Source of the DNA: Octopus vulgaris
Taxonomy: Eukaryota
Assembly (NCBI GenBank): GCA_951406725.2
Contig: OX597824.1
Span: 48,174,001-48,238,000 of the forward strand
Direction of reading: 5' to 3'
Length of the DNA stretch: 64,000 bases
The translations under genes and the position numbers were made by a program. The notes under the pieces are model-generated. The model was given only the letters and a program-made list of their open reading frames with translations, ran no database searches and was not told the origin of the DNA. Shown here in pieces: positions 38,526 through 52,412 of the stretch; within the stretch, counting starts at the first letter, position 1; every line of letters starts with the position of its first letter.

Positions 38526-38759
38526 TTCCAAGTTCATGTGTGACAACACTGATGCCAAGCTGTATCAGCCATTGTCTATCTCTTAAAATACATTGGTAGT
38601 GTGGAGAGGGAAGAATTTATTGTATAGGAAGTTTCTAGTGTTCTATAAAGTTAAAGTGAAACTTCTACAACTTAAGATTTCAGTTGATATACTAAATATG
38701 CTTTGTGAATAATTTGTTATCTCAAGAGCATATTTCGAAGTAAAGTAACTCAACTGTAA

Positions 38760-39384
38760 AATGTCATGAGAAAAGTGGAGAAGACACCGAGGAGAAAAAT
38801 TAATGGTACAGCTTTTTTTTTCTCTTGGTATACAACTCATAGTGCAGCTTTTCAAATCAACCTGTACTATTTTTGAAACATCTAAGAAAAGAGAGAATTG
38901 CATTTTCAACCATATTTTTCTGAAGAGTCAGAAAATATCCACAGGGAATGATTAGTTACTTAAGGTTCATTCTTTACAGTATTATTGTAACATTTGTATT
39001 AGTTTATAAGATTTCAGCCAAGAAGAAGTGTGTTCACCAAGACTGCTCCACTTTTTCCCAGTCTTTGTGACCGATTCGATCAATTGCTAACAAGAAGTTC
39101 AATTAGTTCCTGGCTAACTATATTGGGAGCATTGCTGAAAGGGAGACTAGCTGACATTCTCCTAATATCATAGCTTCAGTGGAGGTTACCATTGCCCAAG
39201 TGATGTCAGAAATGAATAAGGACCACTTAGTGCAGGCATATCAATGATTTGGTCAGGCATTGAAGCAGTCAATGAGCTTATCAAGAACATATACACAAAT
39301 TATTATCAAAATACATTTGGTTTTAGCTAGATTAGAGTTGTTTTATTAAACTACCAAATATGTTCTGAAATACCTCTTGCACCC

Positions 39385-39386
<2 letters not shown>
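38760..39386 (+). mobile_element. Tc1/mariner-superfamily transposon relic (C-terminal transposase plus right TIR)
   Basis: 39125-39280 reads GSIAERETS*HSPNIIASVEVTIAQVMSEMNKDHLVQAYQ*F / SGIEAVNE; ends CTTGCACCCTG next to (TA)n; left boundary uncertain. Confidence 0.7.
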
Positions 39387-39446
<60 letters not shown>

Positions 39447-40925
39447 ATACTAAGTGATCAGTACAGATGCTCTCACCAGCTAGTCTTCAGGAAAAGGTCA
39501 AATGAATTCTTTGCTGAGAAACTAGCTGCAATGAACAATTGCATTCATGTGCATTTCATGTGCTCCAATGAATTTTATTTGTTTGGACAAGCCCTAACTG
39601 GAGGCAAGGGGTTAAATGATCATTTGAAATAAATGAATGGTAAGAAAATATTGTCTAACAGTCACGTGAACAACTTTACTGATGATTCCTGTTTTATAGT
39701 CAATGGAATTCTTGCAGTAAAATTATAAAATGGGTGTCTCATTAAAAATACAATATAATGCTAACATTTGGCACAAAAAGGTTACCCAAATAAATAAATC
39801 AACAATAGAAGAGTACATTTAGAGCTATTTATGTATTTGGATGTTAAACTTTGAGGTGTGTATTTTGAGTGCTGCTCACTCACCAAAGATGGTAAATTTT
39901 CTATAATAATTCTGCTTTTATATGATAGAATTTGGTCATAATTTGTTTTCAAATTAAATGACACACACTACAAAAAGAAAAAAAAGAAAAAAAGTTAATT
40001 TGAAGTCATATGTACAGAAACAGCCTTAAGCTTGTATATTTAATTTTGAGCAAACTTTATATCAAAGCAGTAGATTTTTCAGCATAACAGTGCACTCTGT
40101 GACAACAATTGCTAGACACCATAAATTAATAAGTGGTTATTTAAGAAAAGATTGTGATTACCTTAAGGGTAAGCTTAAATTTTGACTCAATACAAGTTGG
40201 CACACTGAATTTAAAGAACAAAATAGACATATCCATAGCATCCAACCTAAAATCAACCGAAAACTGTGAAAGGCATGAGAGAAACAAGTAAATATGGATG
40301 GAATTTATTGGTAAACACACACACACAAAAAAAAAGAAAAAATCTAGGATATGAAATGTTTTAGAATACATAGAACAGAGTTATTCCAAACTGCATTGAA
40401 GCCCATTAGTTGAAATAGGACCCAAATATATCACTTAATAACCTATTTTTAATCATAAAAAAATAAAAACATTTCAGCAGTGAATGAAATGTTATTGGGT
40501 AAAATAATACACTTCCTCTCATGCAGTAATCAATCAAAGATTTTTATCTGAATACAGATTTTGGCAATAATTTAATACAATGTCAGAGAGTTTAATTACA
40601 TGTTTTTTTTTTAAAACTTTATAACATAAAAAAGTATAGCAGGCACTCCAAAACACTAGGGTGTGGTTAATTTATTGACTGGTAGCTCAATACGATTCAA
40701 TTTTTCTTTTAGCATGGTAAATTACATCACACTGTCAGGAGGCACTAATCTTAATGGTTGATAGTAAAAAGAATGTTTTGCATTTTCTAGAAAAATAAAT
40801 GCTGAACATTTATTGACATATACTAGTTAAATAAAAAATAGAGTTGTACAGAAAAATATAGTTCCTTGATAAATGTTAACAAGACTTTTAACTAACAAGG
40901 GGCTTCTTTCTTTTTCCCAGTTATC

Positions 40926-41135
40926 AGTGAGCTGGCAGAATAGTTACTGTGTTGGGCAAAATGCTTGGCAGCATTTTTGTTAGTCTCTATGTTCTAAGTT
41001 CAATTTCCACCGAGGCTGACTTTGCCTTTCATCCTTTTGGGGCTGATAAAATAAGAAACCAGTGGAGCACTGGGGTCAATGTAGTTGACTTAACTCCTCC
41101 CACAAAATTACTGGTCTCGAGCCAAAATTTGAAAT
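40926..41135 (+). mobile_element. Nin-domain SINE (family B)
   Basis: GAGCTGGCAGAATAG...GACTTTGCCTTTCATCCTTTTGGGGCTGATAAA...CCAAAATTTGAAA. Confidence 0.85.
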
Positions 41136-41939
41136 CATTATTTCACAGTTCTATTTCATGTATTTTAAATAACAAGCAGCCATGGCTGTGCAGTTAAGCT
41201 CGTTTTCTCAACTATGTGGTTTCAGGTTTTGTATCACTGTGCAGTAACTCAAGCAAATGTTTTTTATTGTAGTCCTGTTGATTTCAAAACCAGCTTTGAT
41301 CTAGGTCCAGGGATCTGAGTAGCCACATAAATTTACATCTACCAAGCATTCATTTATACCAGTTTGCTTTATGGCTACAGCACATAAGCAAATGAGCAGA
41401 GAATTTATGCCAGTTGAAAACTTTTTATTACTTTTGCCTTCACTGAATCTTTGAGTTTTGTTTTCGTATTAAAATCTGAAGTTTGTTAGCATTGTTGGAT
41501 CAATTTCCAACAACAATTCTTACTTAAGAAGTGCTTCTGTTGGTTTACTTACAAATTGCTGCAATGCAGCTGTGTCAATGTCTCTGGAATGGTATTAACT
41601 ACAAGGTGAATAGTTGAAAATGTGGATTACTATGACCTAGTCAAGTCTTGAATCAATATCTAGTTCGCAAGTGTATGATATTTACTGTTGACATTGCAAC
41701 TAGCAGAAAATTTCCTCATTGAACATCTGTGATTGGTGAGCAAGGTTGGCTTCTGTCCGTGATGTGGTGGAACCAGCTCAACTTACTCTGGGCAAGTGCC
41801 AACTAGTGTACAAATATATACACACATGCATACATACATGCACACTCAGTAGTATAAATACATGCACACATACATATGCATATATACATATTGAGATACA
41901 TATGCATATATTCATACAAAGGAAATGAACAGCAGATGA

Positions 41940-42350
41940 TTGGTTTGTGAAGTGCAGTCAGCAAAGTGAGAGTTAGCAATTAATATAACAAATATGCAGA
42001 TTAGGGACCACCAGGATTCAGTTTTCAGCCCCCTCCTGTTCATTGCATTCCTCCAGATTTTAAGAGTTTTAGACCAGCTCTCCTTGGGGACTTCTCTAAG
42101 CTGATGACTTGAAAATATAGAAGATATATACAGAAAGAGATGAAATTCTAGAAATGGAAGTAAAATCAAGAAAAGCAAGGTCTCACAGTAAACTTAGGAG
42201 AGACTTGAATTTTGGTTAGGAAAACAAACAGAACCATGCTACCACCAGGGAAATAGCCATGTCTGATATGCAGAAAAAGGAGTAAGGTTGAAATTCCATA
42301 CAGGATACCCAGTGTAAATTATAGATACACAAGAGATATACTGAGATCAC
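41940..42350 (+). mobile_element. RTE-clade LINE reverse-transcriptase relic
   Basis: Decayed motifs HQDSVFSPLLF (HQGSVLSPLLF), PWGLL*ADDL (YADD), GLTVNL and a Cys-rich PC.ICRK...QCKL*IHKR segment, with stops and frameshifts. Confidence 0.8.
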
Positions 42351-42362
42351 ACATAAGCTAAT

Positions 42363-42695
42363 GGGTAAAGAACCCCTTCGGTCATGAATGACCATGGGAT
42401 TGCACCTAGAAAATTACCCTCCAAGGCACAAATCCAGGCAAGGTTCATCATGGAAGACCAGCAGTTGCCCATGGATACTAGCCTCCTCTCTCCACATCAC
42501 CGATGTTATCCAAGGGAAAGACAAAGGCCAATACGGCTTGGCACCAGTGATGCTGCAACTCATTTTTACAGTTAAGTGAACTGGAGCAACATGAAATGAA
42601 ATGTCTTGCTCAAGAACACAACACACAGTCCAGTTCAGGAATCAAACTCACTACTTCATGATTGTGTCCCCCGACACTAACTATTGACCCATATG
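42363..42695 (-). mobile_element. tRNA-derived SINE family C
   Basis: Reverse complement of the 50490-50827 copy (CCCTTGGATAACATCGG, GGTGCAATCCCATGGTCATTC). Confidence 0.85.
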
Positions 42696-43784
42696 CTGAG
42701 AAAGATTTTTATATGCAGCAGATGTTCAGGAGCAGTAAACACCCATGAAATAGATTCCTTCCCTATACCCAAGAGGTTCCTTTCACAGTGGATAGCTTTT
42801 GTTACCTAGGAGACCTAATTAGTAGTGGAAGTGATTGTTCTAAAAACATACTAGTTAGAGTAAAAAGATAGGGAAAAGTTCAGGAAGCTTGTGCTCTTCA
42901 TAATAACAAAGTAGTTGTTGTTAGAAAGTTGTTCGTAAAGTAGTAGTTGTTAGAAAGGGCATCCTGCCATAAAGGTCATGCTGAAAATGAAACATATCAG
43001 CTGTAGTACTCATCAAGAGCAGTGACTTCAAATAAGAACTGGCTAGAACTGTGATGACCTTTCCAACCCATACTAGTATGGAAAGAGAATATAAAAATGA
43101 TACATCAATAAACACACACACATCTGTGCATATTGCAGATTTGATCTTTTAATAAAGCAGCTTCATTAGTGATATGGGAAAAGTGAAGTTCCTTTGCTAA
43201 AATATTAAATCTGTAAGCTATAGATATTTGCTCTACAATTAATTAATATTGTTTCCACTTTGGATTTCTGATCTCCTTGATCTTTGATTCAAGAAATTTT
43301 CTGATTAGTCAGTTACTTTCTATTGCAATATTGTAATTTTGTATTTCCACAGAATATGTTACAGTAATGTGCAGCAGATTTTTGTCTTTTTTGCTCTTTA
43401 TATTACCATTATAATCATTATTTTGGATGGTGGTTGCAGTGAGGCTGGGGTATTTAAGTGACATGTTTGAATTACATTTTCATTTTTATATATTTTTATA
43501 CTATGCACACATCCACACACACAAAGTTCCTACTTTATAAATACAAAAAAAAAAAAAAAAAGAAAGAACTTACCCTATCATGTTTTCAGAAAGTAACACA
43601 GAGCATAGAGCAAGTGGATACTTGCACAGAGTAAATGCACACAAGGGACATGTTATTGATAAGGTCACAGTGTGTTAGAAAAAAGCTTTGAGAAACTAAA
43701 TAACTGATTAATTAGTTAATTCAGAATAGAATGAGTGAAATACAACCAGTGCATGTGCTTTATTGACAATTTCCAAACTACTAT

Positions 43785-43921
43785 GTGGCTGTATGGGCTT
43801 CCCAATCATGTGGTCTTGTGTTTAGTTCCACTGTGTGGCACCTTGGAGAAATGTCTTCTATTATAACCCAGAGCTGACATTGAGAATAGATTTGTCATAC
43901 AGAAACTGAAAGAAGCTTGTC

Positions 43922-44009
<88 letters not shown>

Positions 44010-44182
44010 CCCATCACCGCTTGACAACCAGTGTTGATTTGTTTACACCCCCATGACATTATGATAGAAAAAAAAAGAGACTGACAAAATAAGTGTCAGA
44101 CTTAAAAAAAAACCCAAGTATTGAGGTAGATTTATTTGACTAAACCCCTCAAGAAGGTGGTACCTCAGTACAGCTGCAGTCT
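43785..44182 (+). mobile_element. SINE family A with expanded internal (TA)n(TG)n
   Basis: GTTCCACTGTGTGGCACCTTGG...GAAACTGAAAGAAG...CTTGACAACCAGTG...CTGCAGTC. Confidence 0.75.
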
Positions 44183-44324
44183 ATATATATATGGCCTGCT
44201 CGCTCAGCCAGCGGGGTGGCACCATTCAAAGGCTAAAACAATGTGAACATATTGTGACCAGCGATGTGTAACAACATCTGATGGTCTGGTCGGTCACGTG
44301 ATATATATATATATATATATATAA

Positions 44325-44700
44325 AATCATGATCATTTTTACGTCCATTTTCCATGCTGGCATTGGTTGGATGGTTCGACTGGAGTCTGGAAACTGACCT
44401 GGCAATGTTTCTACAGCATGATGCCCTTCCTAATGCCAACCACCCCGAGTGTGTAGAGGGTGCTTTTTACATGCCACTGGCACAAGAGCCCAAGGAGCTG
44501 GCATCGACCACGATCGGATGGTGTTTTTTATGTGCCACTAGCACAGATGCCAGTCAAGGCAGCACTGGCATCAGCCACATTCGGATGGAGCTTTTCACGT
44601 GCTACTGGCATGGGTCTCACAACTACAATTTCCATTTGATTTGATTTTTATATCGCTGATGATGTACTTGACTCAATAGGTCTCCTCAAGCACCAGGTGA
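44325..44700 (-). mobile_element. RTE LINE 3' UTR-related repeat
   Basis: Reverse complement of the 8750-9100 region (TTTTCCATGCTGGCAT, GATGCCCTTCCTAATGCCAACCAC, GGTGCTTTTTACATGCCACTGGCAC). Confidence 0.75.
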
Positions 44701-44730
44701 CTTTTGGCCAACCTTGTGTGTGTGTGTGTG

Positions 44731-44784
<54 letters not shown>

Positions 44785-45160
44785 TAGAAGCTAGTACCAA
44801 TGTCATAAAAAAAAATGATAGTTTTTGACATATGACCCGATTGGTAAATTTCTTATCTAAAGCTTCACACTTATTTTAATTGTAAAATCATATCAATAAT
44901 TTGAAAAAGTGATAGTGCATGTCATGCTGAAAATGATGGGTTACAATAGTATATAAGCATGTAGGCAATTGTACCATCAAGGATGACAACTTTTTGGCTT
45001 ACCATACTTTTACCTGTTCACTGAACAGTTTAATGACAGTAATAAAAATTTAATTAAAAACAATGATCTATATTTAGAAGAATATTTTAATTTTTACAAA
45101 ATACTGAAAGCTTTATATGTAATTATCAGTATTCCATAAGTTCTTTTATCACAATATTCA

Positions 45161-45425
45161 TAGGTACAGGTTGGCTGTATGCTTGCCAACCACAAGATTT
45201 TGGGTTCAGTTTCACAGCATAGCACTTTGGGCAAGTGTCTTCTCCTATAGCCTCAAGCCTACCAAAGCCTTGTGAGTGGATATGGTAGACGGAAACTAAA
45301 AGAAGCCCAGTGTGTATTTATACATGTGTGTCTTAATCACTGCTTGACAACCAGCGTTGGTTTATGTCCATCCTCGAAAACTTAGTGATGCAACAAAAGA
45401 GACCAATAGAATAAGTACCAGACTT
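45161..45425 (+). mobile_element. SINE family A, 3'-truncated
   Basis: GGGCAAGTGTCTTCTCCTATAGCC...GTGAGTGGATATGGTAGACGGAAACT...AGAATAAGTACCA. Confidence 0.8.
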
Positions 45426-47675
45426 CCAGCATATTAAGTTTGTTTCACTCTCTACTTAAAAACAAACATAATGTTAATACCTCTTACTTCAAGCCATCCT
45501 TATGTTCAGTTTTCTCATCCATTCTTTTCCATGTTTGCCCCCTCTGTAGAGTGATGAATAACTCATCCTTCCACTATTATACTTCCTTGTTACCCACACT
45601 CTGTTGCCATTTGACAACCCCCGCTTCTACTCTGTTTTGTTTGTATGGTAGTAAATAAATAAATACACATTGCTAATTATCATGTGTGTATGAGCATGTG
45701 AATGTGTGTTGTCTCTCTTTATTCTCATAAATTGCTAGTTTGATAAGCAGAAACTGATAAAATATCAGACTGAAGAAGTAAATTCTGAAGTCATTATGAT
45801 TGACTAAGCTCTTGAACATGGTACCTTAACATGTTCACAGTCCATAGCTGAAATGAAAGTTTCCTTGGCCTTGTGCTGTAGCACCTGACACTATGCTCTT
45901 TTTATCATTAATATTGTTTTATTGCTGAAAAGATAGCCAGAAAATATAACATATATCTGAAGTCAGCAATTTGTAATAAAATCTTTGATAAAATTATACA
46001 TTATTTAAAAAAATAAAAATCACTTAATGAAGCCGATAATGATAAGCATTAATAATAAAATGAAAGTATGATTACCATGTAAAATTCAAAAGTAAATCTT
46101 TGATACTATAATCAAAGTTCAATTATACTCAATTATACTTAAGATAATCAATATTACTTGGGCTACTGAAAAATACAAGTTAAGCAATAACTGAAAATCA
46201 CTGCATATTCATCATCATCATCATCATTTTATGACCCCTATTCATGCTGGTATGGGTTAGACAGATCTCACTGTGGCAGGTTGAAGGGACCTTATCTTGC
46301 TCAGGTTTCATTTTGGCTTAATTTCTACAGCTGAATGTCCTTAATACCAACAGTTTTACAGAGTTTACTAGATGCTTCTTTCATGCCATGAGAAGCAGCC
46401 ATGTCCTCATTTCAACTAAACAGACATCATAACCCTGTGTCTCTGCATGTTCATTTACCTCTTTACAGAGTTAGAAGCATGAGTGATGGAAGTATAAATG
46501 CTAATAACGAAAGGGAGTGTGACTGTGGGATGAAGGACAGGAGTACTTAGCATTCTTGAGTTAAGTTCAAATATTCAAGGTAATATGATTGAGATGGCAA
46601 AAGGGACAGAAGTCTGTGATCCAAGGGATAAAGTGATGACAGAGGGATACAGCAGCCCAGCATGTTCTTTAATTCATTATTTTGTTTGTAAATGTAATGT
46701 CTGCTTTTTCCATGCTATGTTATTGAAGCACTGATCTACAGCTAGATGCCCTTGTCTGTTTTCAATAGAGATATGTAAAAACCCTTGTCTGTTTTTAAGA
46801 AGCAAATGAATTATCGACAGGCAAAATGCCAATAAACACAGTGCAAATGTCATGACTTTTCAAAAAGTGAGCAGTAGGTGTAAGCAAACAAAATAAACAC
46901 ACATATATGATGGGCTTCTTCAGTTTCTGTCTGCCAAATCCACTCAGAAAGCTTTGGGTGGCCTAGAGCACAAAAACATTTGCATAAAGTGTATGGCAGT
47001 GGGACTGAGCTTGAAGCTATATGGTTGAGAAGTGAACTTCTTAACCACACAGCCTTGCTTGCAACTGTGTGGGAGAAAAAGTAGTAGTATTAAAGAAATG
47101 AAGCAAAAAATATATTTTAAAGTCTCTACCCCGTCTTCAGGCAGAAATAAATGAAAACATCACAGTAATTTATTTGATACAAAGACCAAAGGGAAGTGAG
47201 AATGCATGGTCATTAATTACAGTTTTGTGATTTGAATCCGTATAAAGAGGAGGAGGAAGAGACAATTACTGACTGTGGTGTTGTTGGGAGTCACATAACC
47301 TCTCATTTAGTTATAAACATCTTATATAATTACACTAGAAACTAGAGACTATTGTGGAGTTTATAACAGTGAAAAGAACAAAGTACAAAAGGTATGGCAT
47401 AGCAATGAATGACAAAATTCAATATCTGTACACATTCAGTGGAAATATGAATTAAATTTCTATACTGAAGGCCAAACAAGATCAAGATGTACCTTAACAT
47501 AATATTGCCCTATGCTGTGATCATTTGTCAACTGATAGAGATATGTAAAACAACTACTATCAAAATGCACCTGAATTAGCAAAGACACCTATCATTATAT
47601 TACAGAAATATATGCTATCAGTTTGTGTTACACCAGTTTATAAACAGTTGAAAACCGCCTCATCATCAATATTTT

Positions 47676-47904
47676 CTAACCTTTTAGCATTGAAATTAAG
47701 GTTGAATGTTGAATGTGAAACTTATTTATTCATTTTGATTAGAATTAATCATGCATTATTTTGTACCTTCATGATTTCTATGATATGATTATTTTTAGAA
47801 TGACAATTTGGCGTTGGTGTGAGAGACTGGATCTGGCCAGTTTGAACATATCACAGGTAGAATATTTGGGCGAGACATAGCCAGCTTAAATGCTAAATGG
47901 TTAA
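47676..47904 (-). mobile_element. TTAA-type MITE family 1
   Basis: TAACCTTTTAGCATT...GGATCTGGCCAGTTTGAACATA...AAATGCTAAATGG-TTAA. Confidence 0.75.
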
Positions 47905-48844
47905 AGTTAACAGTTCCATGCTTTCCTGGGTCAGATGAGACTAAGCCAGAGCAGAGGCTTCTAAGGATGGATGTATTTTGTAATGCTAACTCACCTGTTT
48001 CCATGCAGACAGTAAATAGCCTCAACATGGTTAGATTGAAAACTGGAAACAAACAACACTATTTGATTGAGCCTTTTGTTTATACAGATCATATAACATA
48101 TCAAGATATGTCACGAAGCCTGAACATGCTTTTGCAGTGAACTGTAAGCAAACAATGCTTCTATTTAAAACCAGTGAATACATGTAAAGATGAGGGTAAA
48201 TAGGAACTCATACATATGAGGTTCTTCAGTCTGTCTACCAGTTTCACTAACAAGGTATTACTCAACTCTGGACTATAGCAAAGGACACTTGCCAACAGCT
48301 TCCACACAGTGAGATCACACCTAATAATACACATAAATTTGTGTGGTTAAAAAGATGGATTAGTAACAGTTCTAAGTTTGGTACAAAGCAGCAGCTTGAC
48401 TATATACAGATAAGCCATGTGAGTGGATTTGATAGATGGAAACTGAAAGAAGCCCATGATATACCAGGTTTAAAAATAATAAGTATTGGAGTGAACTTGT
48501 TGGACTAAATCCTTCAAGGCAGTGCCCCACTATGGCTGTAGTCGAAAGACTGAAACAAGATCGTGTGTATATATATATATATATATATACCAAATAATAA
48601 CACAGAAAATTTTTTAACACATCTTTAATGATTCGTTAGAATTTTTTAACTAAATCCAATTTACGGTATGATCGTCGTGAAACCTGGATTTTCTACACCT
48701 GAGGAATTCTGGCATTAGCCTGGAACCTAACAGTGCTGATAACCCAGTATCTGGGTTGGGTGTTTCTCTGGAAATACGCTAACTTTACACACTATCAGGA
48801 CCTTAGACTTTTGCTCCATACTGAATATACACTTCATATGTATG

Positions 48845-48875
<31 letters not shown>

Positions 48876-49391
48876 CAGGCTGACTAAAGCCTTGTGAGTG
48901 GATTTCGTAGGGGGAAACTGAAAGAAGCCGTGTGTGTGTGTGTGTGTATATATATATATGTATTTGTGTCTGAGCTTGCCCCCCCCCATCGTTTGACACC
49001 GATGTTGGTGTGTTTATGTTCCCATAACTTAGTGGTTCAACAAGGGTCAATTTGTTCAACTAAAGGTGGTGCTCCAGCATGGCCACACTCAAATGACTGA
49101 AACAAATAAAAGAATATATACACACACACGTGTGCACACATACACATTAGCAAATGCAGGTCATGATATATAAAGCCTCCTAGTCATGGATAGGTGGCTT
49201 TCCTCCTAGACCTGCTTAATCATGGCTGACTCAAGCTAAACAACAACAATTAAAACTTCTAAGCAACAAGGATTCCTCTATGTGAGAAGTCCCCAACCTT
49301 CTGCTGTAATTTACACTCATCAATACATATGCAAATACATTTAAAGAATTTCTAAACAAAAAGACCAAAATACAAAAAGAACAGAACCAAC

Positions 49392-49742
49392 AAGCATGAC
49401 TGTGTGGTTAGAATCTTGCTTTTCAACCAAATGGTTCTTGGTTCAATTCCACTGTATGACATTTTGGGCAAGTATTTTCTACTATAGACTCAGGCTGACA
49501 GTGGCTTTGGTAGACAGAAACAGAAAGAAACCCATATGTGTAAATATTATCCTCCACCACTGCTTGACAAATGGTGTTGGTGTCTACATCCCTAAAACTT
49601 AGTGGTTCAGCTTGAGTGACCAATAGAATAAGTATCAGGCTTAAAAAGAAAATAAATACTGGGGTCAATTAGTGCAACTAAACTCCACTGAGGCAGTACC
49701 CTGATATAGCTGCAATCTAATGACTGAAAAAAGTAAAAGATA
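49392..49742 (+). mobile_element. SINE family A
   Basis: ATGACTGTGTGGTTAG...TTTGGTAGACAGAAAC...AATGACTGAAAAAAGTAAAAGA. Confidence 0.8.
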
Positions 49743-50024
49743 AATCACCAATTTATTTATTGAGTTAGTTTTGGCTAACATTAACTGAAGCCTAACATTT
49801 GATCAATAACAGCCATGATTGTAATAGCGCTTATCTCATGATGAATATTATTATTCTAGAATTTTAACTCAGAAATTTCTTTGAACAGGATTTAATGTTT
49901 TAAAATAATATTTGATCTTTTAGTAATCATAATAATGCTTGGCATTTGAAGCATAGTTGCTTGTTTTTTAGTTATTCAGTGAAATAGCAAAGCCAGGGCT
50001 GTCACATTTGTTATGGCAGTAACA

Positions 50025-50295
50025 AATCAACCCCAGTACTTTTTTTTATGTTTGGTTGAACTGCTAAGTTACAGGGATTCAAACAAACCAACCCCACTAA
50101 TTAAGTGAAAATGGAGGAAGGGGCAAACACACACACACACACTCACCAGTATGATGGGCTTCTTTTAGTTTCCATCTACCGAATCCACTCACAAGGCTTT
50201 TGGTTTGCTTGGGGCTACAGTAGAAGAGACTTGCCCAAGGTGCCACACAGTGGGAGTAAACCTGGAACCATGTGGTTGGTAAGCAAACTTCTTAA
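50025..50295 (-). mobile_element. SINE family A, degenerate
   Basis: TTTCCATCTACCGAATCCACTCACAAGGC...CCTGGAACCATGTGGTTGG. Confidence 0.8.
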
Positions 50296-50489
50296 CACAC
50301 ATTCACAACTAGTACAAAATCAAAACCTTTTACATTTTAGAGTTTCGTTTTAATATGGTTTATTGGATTACTTGAAAATTCATTTATAAAGTAATTAGCA
50401 TATTTAAAATCAATAGCTTACAGATGGAAAATGTGCTAAGTGAATTAGATTGAAATGTACAGTATATTTCTGATTTTATATTCATGATG

Positions 50490-50827
50490 AAGGTACAAGG
50501 CTCAGTGGCTAGAGTGTCGGGCTCACAATCAAGAGGTAGTGTATTTGATTTCTGGACCAGCCTGTGTATTGTGTTCTTGAGCAAGACACTTCATTTCATA
50601 TTGCTCCAGTTCACTCAGCTATGGAAATGAGTTGTGACATCACAGGTGCCAAGCTGTACCGGCTTTTACCTTTCCCTTGGATAACATTGGCGGTGTGGAA
50701 AGGGGAGGCTGGTATGCATAGGTAACTGCTGGTCTTCCATAAACAATCTTACCCAGACTTGTACTGTGGAGGCACTTTCTGGGTGCAATCCCATGGTCAT
50801 TCCTGATCGAAGGGGGCCTTCACCCTT
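50490..50827 (+). mobile_element. tRNA-derived SINE family C, near full length
   Basis: GGCTCAGTGGCTAGAG...TTGTGTTCTTGAGCAAGACAC...CCATGGTCATTCCTGATCGAAGGGGG. Confidence 0.85.
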
Positions 50828-52412
50828 TTATATCATTCATTTACATCACATATATCACAAGTCACAACTATACATAGAAAATGAGTGCAGTTCTCAGTTT
50901 ACTGACTCAATGACTCCCCCCGCTACTGCTTTGCTCCAAATCAGTGTTTATATCTGTCTTGTATCATTTACTTGGTCTTATTTAGTGATCATTTCTCAAG
51001 GTGAATATAGCTTAAGTACAAATACATAAAATGGGCCAACTGTGGTTTAAAACAAACACAGTTGCTACAAAACACAAATTGTATTAAGCAGGAGCCATTT
51101 TAAAAGATGAATAAGATTACATAAATGAAAGGGCATTCATTTTGTCACCTTCAACTAAAATCTCTGGAAGCTCTAATCAAAGGTAGCCTAGACTGATCCT
51201 GAGATTATGGCTCAGAGAACATGAAACCTTAAGGAAATATTTTTTCCCCTCCTTTCTAAAGACCATAAAGAAAGAGCTTTCTATATGATTTTTTTATCTT
51301 ACAATAACAACATCCTGTTAAGCAAGTTAAGCAGTTGCAGTCGTTTGCGAGAAAAGATTGTATTATTTTGCACAAAAGCTTAGGAATATTGCCTGAAAGT
51401 AATATACGATTAGAATTAAAAATTAATACAGCAAACAATAGAAGTTATATTTCAATACGTGCATAAGATCAATAAACACTAAGTCATCCATTCTGCCTTT
51501 TTTAAATATCTCTGATAAGAAAGCATGAATCAACAATCTATTAAAGACAAAGATGAACTAGAAAACCTTAATTGTTGGCTCAGTAAATAGATCTAATATA
51601 GCTCTAATTTACAAACATATTTCAAAGAAATATTGTCCATAGGCATATTTTTACAATCGACTTTCTAACAATGAAGTGGCCATGTGAAAGAAGGATGATA
51701 CAACATATACTAAAGAGGGAGTTAACTATATACTAAAAGCTGAAAATTTTCAATCAGTGTAGACATATATCATTGGGTTTGAAATAGAAAAGGAGTTAAG
51801 CTAAATACAAAATGTGAGAAAAAAATTAATTTTAATTCCACTGAAAATATGATTGAATATAAAGCAGAGTAAAATGTTATTTTGAACATTCAAGTTTAAT
51901 TTTATTTACATTTCATGGAAACCTCTGTAATTTCACTGGTCAAAGAATTTTAAACCATCATTACATGATGGGAATTGACATTTTCTTCATTACTACTTAG
52001 AGGTCAGACACAGTCCTTAGATAATTAGGACAAATAGACCAGCACTGTTTCCTGGTCTCTTGTTCTGAAAGTTCTTACAATCCATCCAGCCAGTTGCCTA
52101 CATGTTGCCATTGATATGTACATGAAATGATATGTCAGTGCTCACATTTACAACCAGGTTACAAACTGGTTGCGACATTGGCTGGGGTTGCAATCCCTTG
52201 CGATCCAGTGTATTTTGGCTGCAATATATTTTATTAATGGGTTGAGGAGGTTTTGAAATTTAACATTAATTTGATGATGATGATAATGATGAATTTGCAT
52301 GTTGTTATCTTTATCTCATATATTGCATTTAAATCTTATTGCAGGTAAATAGTGGTCAGTAAATATTGACCACTATGTAATATATATACATACACACACA
52401 CATACATACATG

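Noticed and set aside
42101-42116. CTGATGA...GAAA hammerhead-like text
   Set aside because: It is the ADDL codons of the RTE reverse-transcriptase relic; no stems.
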